The notes beneath the pieces are model-generated. The model was not told where the DNA came from. It ran no database searches and saw nothing but the letters and a program-made list of their open reading frames with translations. From the IMG/VR virus record IMGVR_UViG_2630968826_000003: a DNA stretch of 20,000 bases. One strand, 5' to 3'. Position numbers and translations under genes: made by a program. The DNA is from an uncultured virus (IMG/VR IMGVR_UViG_2630968826_000003). Taxonomy: Duplodnaviria; Heunggongvirae; Uroviricota; Caudoviricetes. Every line of letters starts with the position of its first letter. The first letter of the stretch is position 1. Of this stretch, positions 8,686 to 18,464 are shown in pieces.

Positions 8686-10386
8686 ATGAACAAACAAATT
8701 TCTACAGACCTTTTGGAAGGGCTTGACGGGTTTGAGTTTGAAGAACGTGCTGATTACCTTCCACCGTCTATACTTGCTAAATGGTCACCTAACAATAAAC
8801 ATTTTAGAGCAATACAAAAAAAACTAACACAAGTTGGAGCAAAACTCTTAGTAGGTCCTCGTGGTGCAGGCAAAACTCACTACATGAGACACGCTTATCT
8901 TGATTGCAAAGAAAACAAAAATCTTCCACTCCCTCTCTATGTTTCCTTCAATCATTATCTCCGACTTGAAACTTATATTCACGAAACATCAAATGCAATT
9001 GAAATATTTCATGCATGGGTTCTCGCAAAGATAGTATTAGCTTGTTATGATGATTATAACATTTTTCCTTTTGAGGAAATCACTATTGATGATATCAAAA
9101 ACTTTATTTTGGACATTGAAAAACAAAATTATAAAACCGAGCATAATAAAGTTATAACATCGCTTAGTATTGAATCGACACAAGATATTATTGATACCTG
9201 TGCTAATAAACAAGGTCGTAAAAGAACCGTCCTTTTTTTTGACGATGCAGCCTTAACACTTACAAAAGAATATATGGTTGAATTTTTCGATATATTTCGA
9301 AGCATAAAGACATCCAGAATATCTCCAAAAGCATCTGTTTATCCAGGGACAACACAATATGGCCCAAGATTTCATGTTGGTCAGGATGCTGAACCAGTTA
9401 TGATTTGGCAAGAGGTAGATCAAAGCGATTATATCAATTTCATGCTGGAACTTGTCAAAGAGAGGTTTAACAACATCCCTCAAATTGATACTGAAATAAA
9501 CCAACTACTTATTTATGCTTCTTTCGGTATACCGAGGGCTTATATAAACTTAGTTAGAGCTTATAGTGAGTCGAATGCAAAAACAAAGCAATCGAAATTT
9601 AATATGGTTATTGAAGAGAGATGCAAATATTTATATGATGAGTATATATCCATAATAGACAAACTTCCCCAATATGGTGTTTATGTAAAATCCGGTTGGG
9701 ATTTCTTTTATAAAATAGTTTCAGATTTAAAGGAAATCAATCACATTAACATCCGAAAAGATGGTGTTAATTATAAAAAAATTGTCTCTATTGGTATTGA
9801 AGATCTTAATACTGATAAAATTGAAAGAGTTATTAGTTTTCTCATAGAAGCTGGACTTTTGTACGATTTATCCAGTACATCACACGGAGTAGGTAGAACC
9901 TTACGAAGATTCACACCTCATTATGCTTTTTTAATTAAAGAAAAAATCTTCTCAGTAAGCAGAGGTTTTAACGCTACGAATTTAGTTACTATTTTAGATG
10001 CTCCCTCAGAAAAGCATCCTTTGAGAAGATCAATGTATTCTTTAATTACAAAACAAAACTATGAAGCAATTTCACTAACACTTCCTAACTGTTCTAATTG
10101 CGGTGCAAAAAGATTAGCAGACAATCAAAAATTTTGTCATCAATGTGGTAAGCAACTTGTGGATGAATCTGCATTTCGCTTGTGCATGAAAAAGAACTTA
10201 GTAGAACTTCCTTTGACGGATTTCCAGAAATCAGTCATAAAGCAAACAAATTTCAAAACTGTTGAAGATGTTATATCTTCCAAAAACACTGCAACTGAGT
10301 TTATGAAAGTTAAACAAGTTGCTCAAAAAAGAGCGGCAACTCTGGAATTTAAAGTAAGAACTTGGGTTAACGAATTTTTAGCATAA
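8686..10386 (+). CDS. P-loop ATPase (ORC/CDC6/STAND-like) with C-terminal zinc ribbon and HhH/alphaCTD-like domain
   Basis: Walker A GPRGAGKT, Walker B VLFFDD, GIPR motif, CSNC..CHQC, C-terminal ELPLT..KTVEDVI..KVKQVAQKRA. Confidence 0.8.
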   Translation: MNKQISTDLLEGLDGFEFEERADYLPPSILAKWSPNNKHFRAIQKKLTQVGAKLLVGPRGAGKTHYMRHAYLDCKENKNLPLPLYVSFNHYLRLETYIHETSNAIEIFHAWVLAKIVLACYDDYNIFPFEEITIDDIKNFILDIEKQNYKTEHNKVITSLSIESTQDIIDTCANKQGRKRTVLFFDDAALTLTKEYMVEFFDIFRSIKTSRISPKASVYPGTTQYGPRFHVGQDAEPVMIWQEVDQSDYINFMLELVKERFNNIPQIDTEINQLLIYASFGIPRAYINLVRAYSESNAKTKQSKFNMVIEERCKYLYDEYISIIDKLPQYGVYVKSGWDFFYKIVSDLKEINHINIRKDGVNYKKIVSIGIEDLNTDKIERVISFLIEAGLLYDLSSTSHGVGRTLRRFTPHYAFLIKEKIFSVSRGFNATNLVTILDAPSEKHPLRRSMYSLITKQNYEAISLTLPNCSNCGAKRLADNQKFCHQCGKQLVDESAFRLCMKKNLVELPLTDFQKSVIKQTNFKTVEDVISSKNTATEFMKVKQVAQKRAATLEFKVRTWVNEFLA

Positions 10387-10397
10387 AAGGCTTTCAC

Positions 10398-11240
10398 ATG
10401 GCTAACAAAAAATTCACATACAGTATATCAGGAACAAAGGTAACACCAAATATTAATACTATTGATTTCTTTGACAAAGAATATCAAGAACCTGATATCG
10501 CCCCTATTGACATTTACAATAAAAAGAAAGACATACATATAAAATTATTAGGTGAGCCCAGTGAATCTTCAGAATGGAAATTGCTGGTTAATTTAGTAAT
10601 GCTTGGATTTGTCTCCCTTGTTGAAAGCTATTGTCGTTGCATTATTCGTAGGATACTAATTACAGATAAGCAAGCAAGATCCTGTAGCTATAAAAATAAT
10701 GTTAGCTATGCTGCTGCTGTTTATCATAGCAAAGATATATTACCGGAGGCATTGCTCGAAGATGCTTCTTTTATTTCAGAAGCAAACATTCTAGAAACTA
10801 TAAAAACTTTTACTGGTTTAAAAATTGATCGCCAGAAAGCTGCCTCAGTTATCTCAGCCTTACAAAAATATGATCAAATTTGCCAACTGAGACATTGTAT
10901 TGTCCATAGATCGGGATTATTTGGCACTAAAAATGCTATTAAGTTGGGCTTGGAAAAACATCATTTATTTCTTGAAAAACCAATAATCATAGGCTATGAG
11001 GCTATACAGTCTATTGCATCTGTTTGTGATAACGTTGTTAAGGAGTTAAACGATGAGCTATTTAATTTACTTTTGGATGGTATTGCCGAACAATATGATT
11101 GGACAGGTGACTTAAGGAAAGACAAGAAAATGTTCTCACCATATTTTGAGATATTTTATTCATCAATAGCAAATCCAAACAAAACAGAGGAACTTAAAAA
11201 ATGTTATCACGCATTCTGTCAACATTTCGGTTTTAAATAA
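10398..11240 (+). CDS. HEPN-domain protein (putative RNase effector)
   Basis: VSLVESYCR helix plus RHCIVH (RxxxxH) motif; 11 bp downstream of the ATPase. Confidence 0.75.
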   Translation: MANKKFTYSISGTKVTPNINTIDFFDKEYQEPDIAPIDIYNKKKDIHIKLLGEPSESSEWKLLVNLVMLGFVSLVESYCRCIIRRILITDKQARSCSYKNNVSYAAAVYHSKDILPEALLEDASFISEANILETIKTFTGLKIDRQKAASVISALQKYDQICQLRHCIVHRSGLFGTKNAIKLGLEKHHLFLEKPIIIGYEAIQSIASVCDNVVKELNDELFNLLLDGIAEQYDWTGDLRKDKKMFSPYFEIFYSSIANPNKTEELKKCYHAFCQHFGFK

Positions 11241-11312
11241 ATAATTGAAGCTTTAACTTTAAGTTAAAGTGTGAAATGTGAGCAAGAAACACATGATTTT
11301 ATATGAGGCCTT

Positions 11313-11777
11313 ATGAAAAAGAATAGCACTGATAACTTAATTGAATTTAGATACATGGGTTATTTCTTACTTGCTGTGATATTACTTCCTTTATTGTCTA
11401 TGCTTGTGTACATTTCATTCAACTCTGAATGGATGACCAACAATCCAAAATCTTACCTTTTAGGATACATTTTATTTTCTTCTTTTTGTCTGATTCGTTT
11501 GTTTATATTGAGAGGCTCTTATAAATATGCTAATGATTTAATTCTAGCGATTTCTGCCGGTTGGATAGGAACAAGTTATTTAACAACAGGCCAAAAAACA
11601 TTTGATGAACTACCATCTTTGGATTTATTAAAGGATAACCCTTTTTTATTCTATGCAATAGCATTTAAATTTATTTTAGTTTGTAGTAGTTTAATATCAA
11701 AAATCGTTATAACTTTAATTGAATTCATTCGCGCATGGATACAAGAGGAGAAAGATTTCAACGGCATCAATGCTTAG
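11313..11777 (+). CDS. Hypothetical membrane protein (~4 TM)
   Basis: 154 aa with about four hydrophobic stretches; GAGG RBS. Confidence 0.7.
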   Translation: MKKNSTDNLIEFRYMGYFLLAVILLPLLSMLVYISFNSEWMTNNPKSYLLGYILFSSFCLIRLFILRGSYKYANDLILAISAGWIGTSYLTTGQKTFDELPSLDLLKDNPFLFYAIAFKFILVCSSLISKIVITLIEFIRAWIQEEKDFNGINA

Positions 11778-11789
11778 GTCAGAATAAAA

Positions 11790-11990
11790 TCACTCTTTAA
11801 GAAATCCACTGCCAAAAAATAGACAAAAAGCTAAAACTACAGCCAATGGCGTTAGCATTATATCTAACGTCATTACAGTGACATTATATAATGCTAAAAA
11901 TTTATTTTGGCTGTCCCACCAAAGTGAAAGACCTACGTTTAATAATACAAAAATTAAAAAAAGAACAATCCAACTTTTAATATTTTCCAT
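11790..11990 (-). CDS. Small 2-TM membrane protein
   Basis: ORF track 11790..12014; GGAGG RBS favours ATG 11990 (MENIKSW, 66 aa); two hydrophobic helices. Confidence 0.6.
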   Translation of the reverse strand: MENIKSWIVLFLIFVLLNVGLSLWWDSQNKFLALYNVTVMTLDIMLTPLAVVLAFCLFFGSGFLKE

Positions 11991-12062
11991 AATAACCTCC
12001 CATATATATATCATTCACTATTTATCAGGTTGTGCTCAACTAGTCAATGGTATAATACAATT

Positions 12063-12113
12063 AAGCAAGGGCTAACTCATCGAAGCTCCGCTTCTTTGAG
12101 TTCCCTTGTTTTT
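12063..12113 (+). ncRNA. Candidate small RNA / terminator hairpin
   Basis: Extended -10 TGGTATAAT (12048-12056), then hairpin CAAGGG/AACTCA/GAAGC-tcc-GCTTC/TGAGTT/CCCTTG and T5. Confidence 0.35.
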
Positions 12114-12248
12114 CGCCCTTCGGTTGAAAAAGAAAGTCAAAGTCGTTCCTAATTCATTGACATGAATTGTATTTCCACTATAAATATATAATGTGTTGCA
12201 AAGGAATTGCTCACTTTAAAGAAAATACACATATGAAAAGGAGTTTAT

Positions 12249-12320
12249 ATGAGTAAAACAATAACATTGTCGTATACGAATAATTTTAAACCTGTCAGCG
12301 AACTTAGATCTCAGTCATTG
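12249..12320 (+). pseudogene. 5' stub of a gene cut by the IS (MSKTITLSYTNNFKPVSELRSQSL)
   Basis: TTGACA (12157) with TATAAA 16 bp downstream, AAGGAG RBS, 24 open codons running into the IS end. Confidence 0.5.
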
Positions 12321-12399
12321 TGTAAGTATCCCGCATAATCGTGCCATTCACATTTAGAGATCATCCGGCATAATCAATCTGCCAACGAAGGAGATCGCT

Positions 12400-12662
12400 A
12401 TGCGTAAAGCCCGTTTTACTGAGCATCAGATCATCACTGTGATTAAGTCGGTTGAAGCTGGACGAACCGTTAAAGATGTCTGCCGGGAGGCCGGTATCTC
12501 TGAGGCCACCTACTATAACTGGAAGTCCAGATACGGCGGCATGGAAGCTTCTGATATTAAAAAGATAAAAGATCTTGAGGACGAGAACCGACGCCTCAAA
12601 CAGATGTTTGCCGACCTGAGCCTTGAGAACCGGGCGCTGAAAGACGTTATCGAAAAAAAGCT

Positions 12663-12666
<4 letters not shown>
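12400..12666 (+). CDS. IS3-family transposase OrfA
   Basis: MRKARFTEHQII..VCREAGISEATYYNWK HTH; ends at the A7G -1 frameshift motif. Confidence 0.92.
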
Positions 12667-14693
<2,027 letters not shown>

Positions 14694-14777
14694 TGAGGCA
14701 CCTGTAATGTTCTGAGGTGAGCATATCACCTCTGTTCAGGTGGCCAAATTCAGTAAACCACTTCATCCTCTGCTCTA

Positions 14778-14807
14778 TTGCTAACCACATGAATATGATC
14801 ATAAAAT
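14778..14807 (+). promoter_or_regulatory. Putative sigma70 promoter of the RT locus
   Basis: TTGCTA-18 bp-TAAAAT immediately before the structured region. Confidence 0.5.
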
Positions 14808-14809
14808 AT

Positions 14810-15124
14810 CCCCGCTAGTACCTAGGAGAGAGCTCCTCGCAAAAGCTTGATGGTCTGCTCGTCAGCCATCGTGGAGGCTTCGGCCTCTATTCTCTCCCCA
14901 CACGACGCATGCCACACGTTCTCAATGTTCCAACGTTACGATGCTAACGCATCACCAACGCTCTGGTACTTGCTGTAACAGTTGGGATTGCCGGATTGTG
15001 GCGAGGGGACGTCACACAGTGACGTCGAATACTGGGGTTAATTGCTGAACATCTCTTATTCCTGTCAGTTCAGGCGAGGCCGGTAACCATAGTGGTGACC
15101 GGGAACTGAGAAGGAGATGTAATT
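14810..15124 (+). ncRNA. RT-associated structured ncRNA (atypical retron msr-msd-like leader)
   Basis: ORF-free and GC-richer, with nested helices: GGAGAGAG/TTCTCTCC (14825/14890), GATGG/CCATC, GAGGC-TTCG-GCCTC, GCCACA/TGTGGC, CCAAC/GTTGG, GTTAC/GTAAC, GATGC-TAAC-GCATC, GACGTCAC-ACA-GTGACGTC, and a long hairpin at 15049-15120. Confidence 0.8.
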
Positions 15125-15352
15125 ATGAGTCGTAAGACACGTAAACGTCGAAAGACAAATACAAGTCGAAAGACACGTAAAAAATACCAGGCTAGTGTTC
15201 AGCAAACGTTTTGTGTGAAGGAAAGACTAAAGAAATACTCCAAAGATGCCGGTAAGCTCTTGTTTACCTTAGTTATCAGCGAAGTGATTTCTGCTGTTTT
15301 TCATTCTGAAGCTGTTGCCTCCATCTTTGCATCCATCAAGGGATTCCTGTAA
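15125..15352 (+). CDS. Small protein with Arg/Lys-rich N-terminus and hydrophobic C-terminal helix; candidate RT-system effector
   Basis: 75 aa, AAGGAG RBS at 15111, lies between the ncRNA and the RT. Confidence 0.7.
   Translation: MSRKTRKRRKTNTSRKTRKKYQASVQQTFCVKERLKKYSKDAGKLLFTLVISEVISAVFHSEAVASIFASIKGFL
15128..15181 (+). repeat. Three imperfect 18-bp tandem repeats, each with a GTC-GNRA-GAC mini-hairpin
   Basis: AGTCGTAAGACACGTAAA / CGTCGAAAGACAAATACA / AGTCGAAAGACACGTAAA. Confidence 0.75.
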
Positions 15353-15382
15353 TGGAGGCTATAATGGATAGGAACAACAACG

Positions 15383-16342
15383 ATGAAAAGCACAAAACGT
15401 ACCCCTAGTCTTCAAAGTCCCCCAAAGATTTATCCCCTGAATCAATCGCCTCTATTCAAGCTTAAAAATAAAAGAAAATTACTTGAAATCATAGGGCTAT
15501 CCAAGAAACAAGCAGACAAGCTAATGCTTGACTCAGCGTACAAAGAATTTGTAAATGATGCCGGAAGGACAATACAGGAACCAATTGCTCAGCTCAAAGC
15601 GGTTCATAGGAAAATCGGCGTTTTATTGAGCAGAATCGAACTACCTCCATATCTTCACTCTGGTCGGAAGAAGCATTCAACACTTACTAATGTAGAATCA
15701 CATAAGCTAGCAACTGAACTTCTGAAACTCGACATTCATAAGTTTTTCCCCTCGACTAGGGCTGCAAAGGTCTACAAGGCACTTGTAGAAAAATTTGAGA
15801 TGTCACCTGATGTATCTTATATCATGACCAATCTCTCAACCTTTGCAGGAAAAGTGCCCACAGGCAGTCCGATAAGCATGGCTATGGCGTTTTGGGCCAA
15901 TAAAGACATGTTCGACGAGCTTAGCAACCTTGCGGCCTCAAACAGCTTAGTATTTACGGCATATGTTGACGATGTGGCGTTCTCTGGTTCGAAAATCCCA
16001 AAAGGATTTGCCGCCCAAGCTAAAAAATGTATTCGTTCCCATGGACTCACCTCTAAAGACAAAAAAGAGCGATTTTATCCGTCATCAGAGGGAAAGCTGC
16101 TTACGGGGATAGTCATTCGGGATGGGGAACTTAAGGTACGTTGGGCACATAACGATTCAATCGGAAAAGAATTCGCTACTTTGGCTGAAGCAAAAGACAA
16201 CGCTACAAAAATAATCCATCTAGAAAAGCTAGCAGGTAAGCTGCATGCAGCCGGTCAGGTTGACTTCAGACAAAAAGATAGAGCTCGTTTTTTTACACAG
16301 CAGCTCAAAGCCGCAAAAAAGCGCTCAGAACAAGGTACTTAA
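15383..16342 (+). CDS. Retron-like reverse transcriptase
   Basis: 319 aa; RTIQEP, NVESH (region X NAxxH-like), LDIHKFFPS, PTGSPIS, YVDD, LTG (region Y VTG-like); no maturase/endonuclease extension. Confidence 0.92.
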   Translation: MKSTKRTPSLQSPPKIYPLNQSPLFKLKNKRKLLEIIGLSKKQADKLMLDSAYKEFVNDAGRTIQEPIAQLKAVHRKIGVLLSRIELPPYLHSGRKKHSTLTNVESHKLATELLKLDIHKFFPSTRAAKVYKALVEKFEMSPDVSYIMTNLSTFAGKVPTGSPISMAMAFWANKDMFDELSNLAASNSLVFTAYVDDVAFSGSKIPKGFAAQAKKCIRSHGLTSKDKKERFYPSSEGKLLTGIVIRDGELKVRWAHNDSIGKEFATLAEAKDNATKIIHLEKLAGKLHAAGQVDFRQKDRARFFTQQLKAAKKRSEQGT

Positions 16343-16391
16343 AACAGCAAGTAGACTAAAAGTAATTATCGTGCCATACAAGGAAAATGAT

Positions 16392-17233
16392 ATGTTGTAT
16401 CACGTTGTTATTCAAAAGAAACCAGTAAAAACTGGCAAAGATGGTGCTGAAGAAAACAAAACAGATCTCACCAAAGAGCAGCTGGTTGCTCGCTTCATAG
16501 AACCTTACGAGCTAGGCAATCCAATTACAGTAAACGGCACGACTATTCAAACATCAGAAATCAACAGATTAACTGTTAAGGCTACTGAAACCAGCATTGA
16601 ATCTTTTATACCTGCGATAGAAGCAGAAGATCGAAATTCAAGTGTGATTATGTTTGGCGGACCGTCTTACCTAGAACGTGCGATATATCGAGCTCCTGAT
16701 GTAACTGATGAATTCATCACTGGTCCCGCTGGCAGCAAAAAATCGATCGCATCAAAAAAAAAACAAATAAATCAACAACAAACGCAAACTCTGACAAAGT
16801 TTTCATTGTTCACGGGCATGATGATGCAGCGAAGATCAAGACTGCTCGTTTTGTAGAACAATTGGATTACAAAGCTATTATTCTGCATGAACAAGCAAGC
16901 TCTGGTAGAACCATAATAGAGAAAATCGAGCAGTTTACTGATGTGGGATTTGCTGTTGTGCTATACACGCCGGACGATATAGGCAATGCCAAAGGCAATG
17001 CAGACGACCTACAGTTAAGAGCCCGTCAAAACGTTGTTTTCGAACATGGTTTTTTGATAGGTAAGTTAGGAAGAGATCGTGTAGTAGCTTTGGTTGATGG
17101 AGCAATAGAACTTCCGAATGATATTAGTGGGGTCGTCTACATAAAAATGGACGAGGCAAACGCATGGCATCTTCAGTTAGCCAAAGAAATGAAACAAGCT
17201 GGTTTTAACATTGATATGAACAAGCTTGTGTAA
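16392..17233 (+). pseudogene. TIR-like nucleotide-binding domain protein (CAP12/Pycsar-type TIR), frameshifted at an A10 run
   Basis: Start MLYHVVIQ after an AAGGA RBS; a -1 shift at A16754-16763 joins it to KVFIVHGHD..ILHEQ..TIIEK..FAVVLYTPDD..RARQNVVFEHG..LPNDISGVVY; ~280 aa if restored. Confidence 0.85.
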
Positions 17234-17320
17234 CCACTTGAAAATTACTGCCTTAATGTGACATTGACTCCCGCTACATTGCTCAAAGAGTCAGACAGTT
17301 AGTATTTGGTGTTGCTCTCA

Positions 17321-17333
17321 GCCAGCTCCACCA
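17321..17333 (+). repeat. Right att of the island (13-bp ssrA 3' end copy)
   Basis: GCCAGCTCCACCA identical to 4245-4257, followed by a terminator. Confidence 0.85.
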
Positions 17334-17366
17334 AATAATGATCCGGATACGTCCGGCGAAGTACAG

Positions 17367-17401
17367 AAAGCCCGCACAGCACAAGCTCTGCGGGCTTTTT
17401 T
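17367..17401 (+). terminator. Rho-independent terminator
   Basis: AAAGCCCGCA-N12-TGCGGGCTTT plus T-run; same stem as 4292-4325. Confidence 0.85.
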
Positions 17402-17604
17402 ACATCTATTGCCGCCTGGTGAGGATTGCAGAGAACCTTACGGACACTGGAGTCAAATGACGCGGTGGGTAAAGCGGCTGCGCGATGGGTGACAGGGCAA
17501 AACGCCAAAAGTCTCACCAATAACTCCCGAAAGAATTGGAATACGAGAGTCAAAGAAAATAGAACACTCACTGAGAGTCCTGCCTGGCTGGGGCAAAGCT
17601 CGCA

Positions 17605-17830
17605 GTCAGACTGTCGAGCATAAAGATAAGCAGTTGCCCGTGAGACGCCAGGATGTTGGGCTACGGTATCCATAGATTTGCGAAGATTCAGCAGACCTTC
17701 TTTGCGAAGCTTTAATGATCAATTCTTTTCTGTCAGCTGCTTTAAGCGTCCTGGCCGTAGTGGCACGAGCAGCGGCGAAACTATCTATGCGCTGTCGAAT
17801 GGTCTCTGTTCCTCCAGGAGCAATATTTTC
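17605..17830 (-). pseudogene. C-terminal remnant of a YheO-like (PAS + HTH) regulator
   Basis: ENIAPGGTETIRQRIDSF..LKAADRKELII / KLRKEGLLNLRKSMDTVAQHPGVSRATAYLY, with one frameshift near 17712; N-terminal domain missing. Confidence 0.6.
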
Positions 17831-17857
17831 TCACGGAATTTTTTATTACCGTATGCG

Positions 17858-18397
17858 TTATTCAGCATAATCCGAAGACGTGATCCTGCTCACCCAGTCA
17901 AACATAACTTGCATATGATTGCCATTGGATGTCCTCACACCAACCTGACACGCATTTACGCCTGTCGTTTTGCCAGTCAAAACCTGTCCATACTTCATAT
18001 AGATTTTGATACCGACTCCCTGTTTATAGCACTTATTGCAAATCGAGAAATAATCTCTTCTTGATGGAGTATATTGCTGAAGATTAAATCCGTCAGCCGG
18101 CACCAGCGAAAGATTAAAAGCGTCATTACCTGATAATTCTTCAAGAATTGCCAGAGACTCTAGTTTAACTTCAATGCGCTTATTTCCTTTAGGTTTATCC
18201 GAAGCCAGAATCAAATTTTCCTTCGGATTAAACTTCGCAATGTAGCCTGTGATTATCCGGGCATTATTACTCACCAATCGAACAGGGATATCATTAAAAC
18301 GTAGAAATTGAACTCGACGAGCAAGCATAGAATAATCCCGCGGCCATATTTCAGCCTCTCGCCCGTAGGAAATATCATTTACAGCTATACATTCCAT
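17858..18397 (-). CDS. fljA: Phase-1 flagellin repressor FljA
   Basis: MECIAVNDISYGREAEIWPRDYSMLARRVQFLRFND.., 179 aa, directly downstream of the flagellin. Confidence 0.95.
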   Translation of the reverse strand: MECIAVNDISYGREAEIWPRDYSMLARRVQFLRFNDIPVRLVSNNARIITGYIAKFNPKENLILASDKPKGNKRIEVKLESLAILEELSGNDAFNLSLVPADGFNLQQYTPSRRDYFSICNKCYKQGVGIKIYMKYGQVLTGKTTGVNACQVGVRTSNGNHMQVMFDWVSRITSSDYAE

Positions 18398-18423
18398 AAA
18401 GATATATTCATCTATGCTGAATG

Positions 18424-18447
18424 AAAAAGCCCCGGATTCACGGGGCT
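18424..18447 (-). terminator. fljB-fljA intercistronic terminator
   Basis: Minus strand AGCCCCG-TGAATC-CGGGGCT followed by a T-run. Confidence 0.85.
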
Positions 18448-18464
18448 GAATAAAACGAAATAAA

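Noticed and set aside
15128..15181. Mini CRISPR array
   Set aside because: Contiguous in-frame 18-bp units without spacers; no cas genes
15383..16342. Group II intron, DGR, CRISPR-RT or DRT2-type RT
   Set aside because: Short RT without maturase/endonuclease domain, no TR/VR repeat pair, no cas genes; carries retron-like X and Y regions. Phylogeny is still needed for a formal class
16245..16391. Longer start for the TIR-like gene overlapping the RT
   Set aside because: Overlaps the RT by ~100 bp with no RBS; ATG 16392 has an AAGGA RBS
17267..17274. ACTCCCGC as an additional ssrA-derived att fragment
   Set aside because: Only an 8-bp match; could easily be chance
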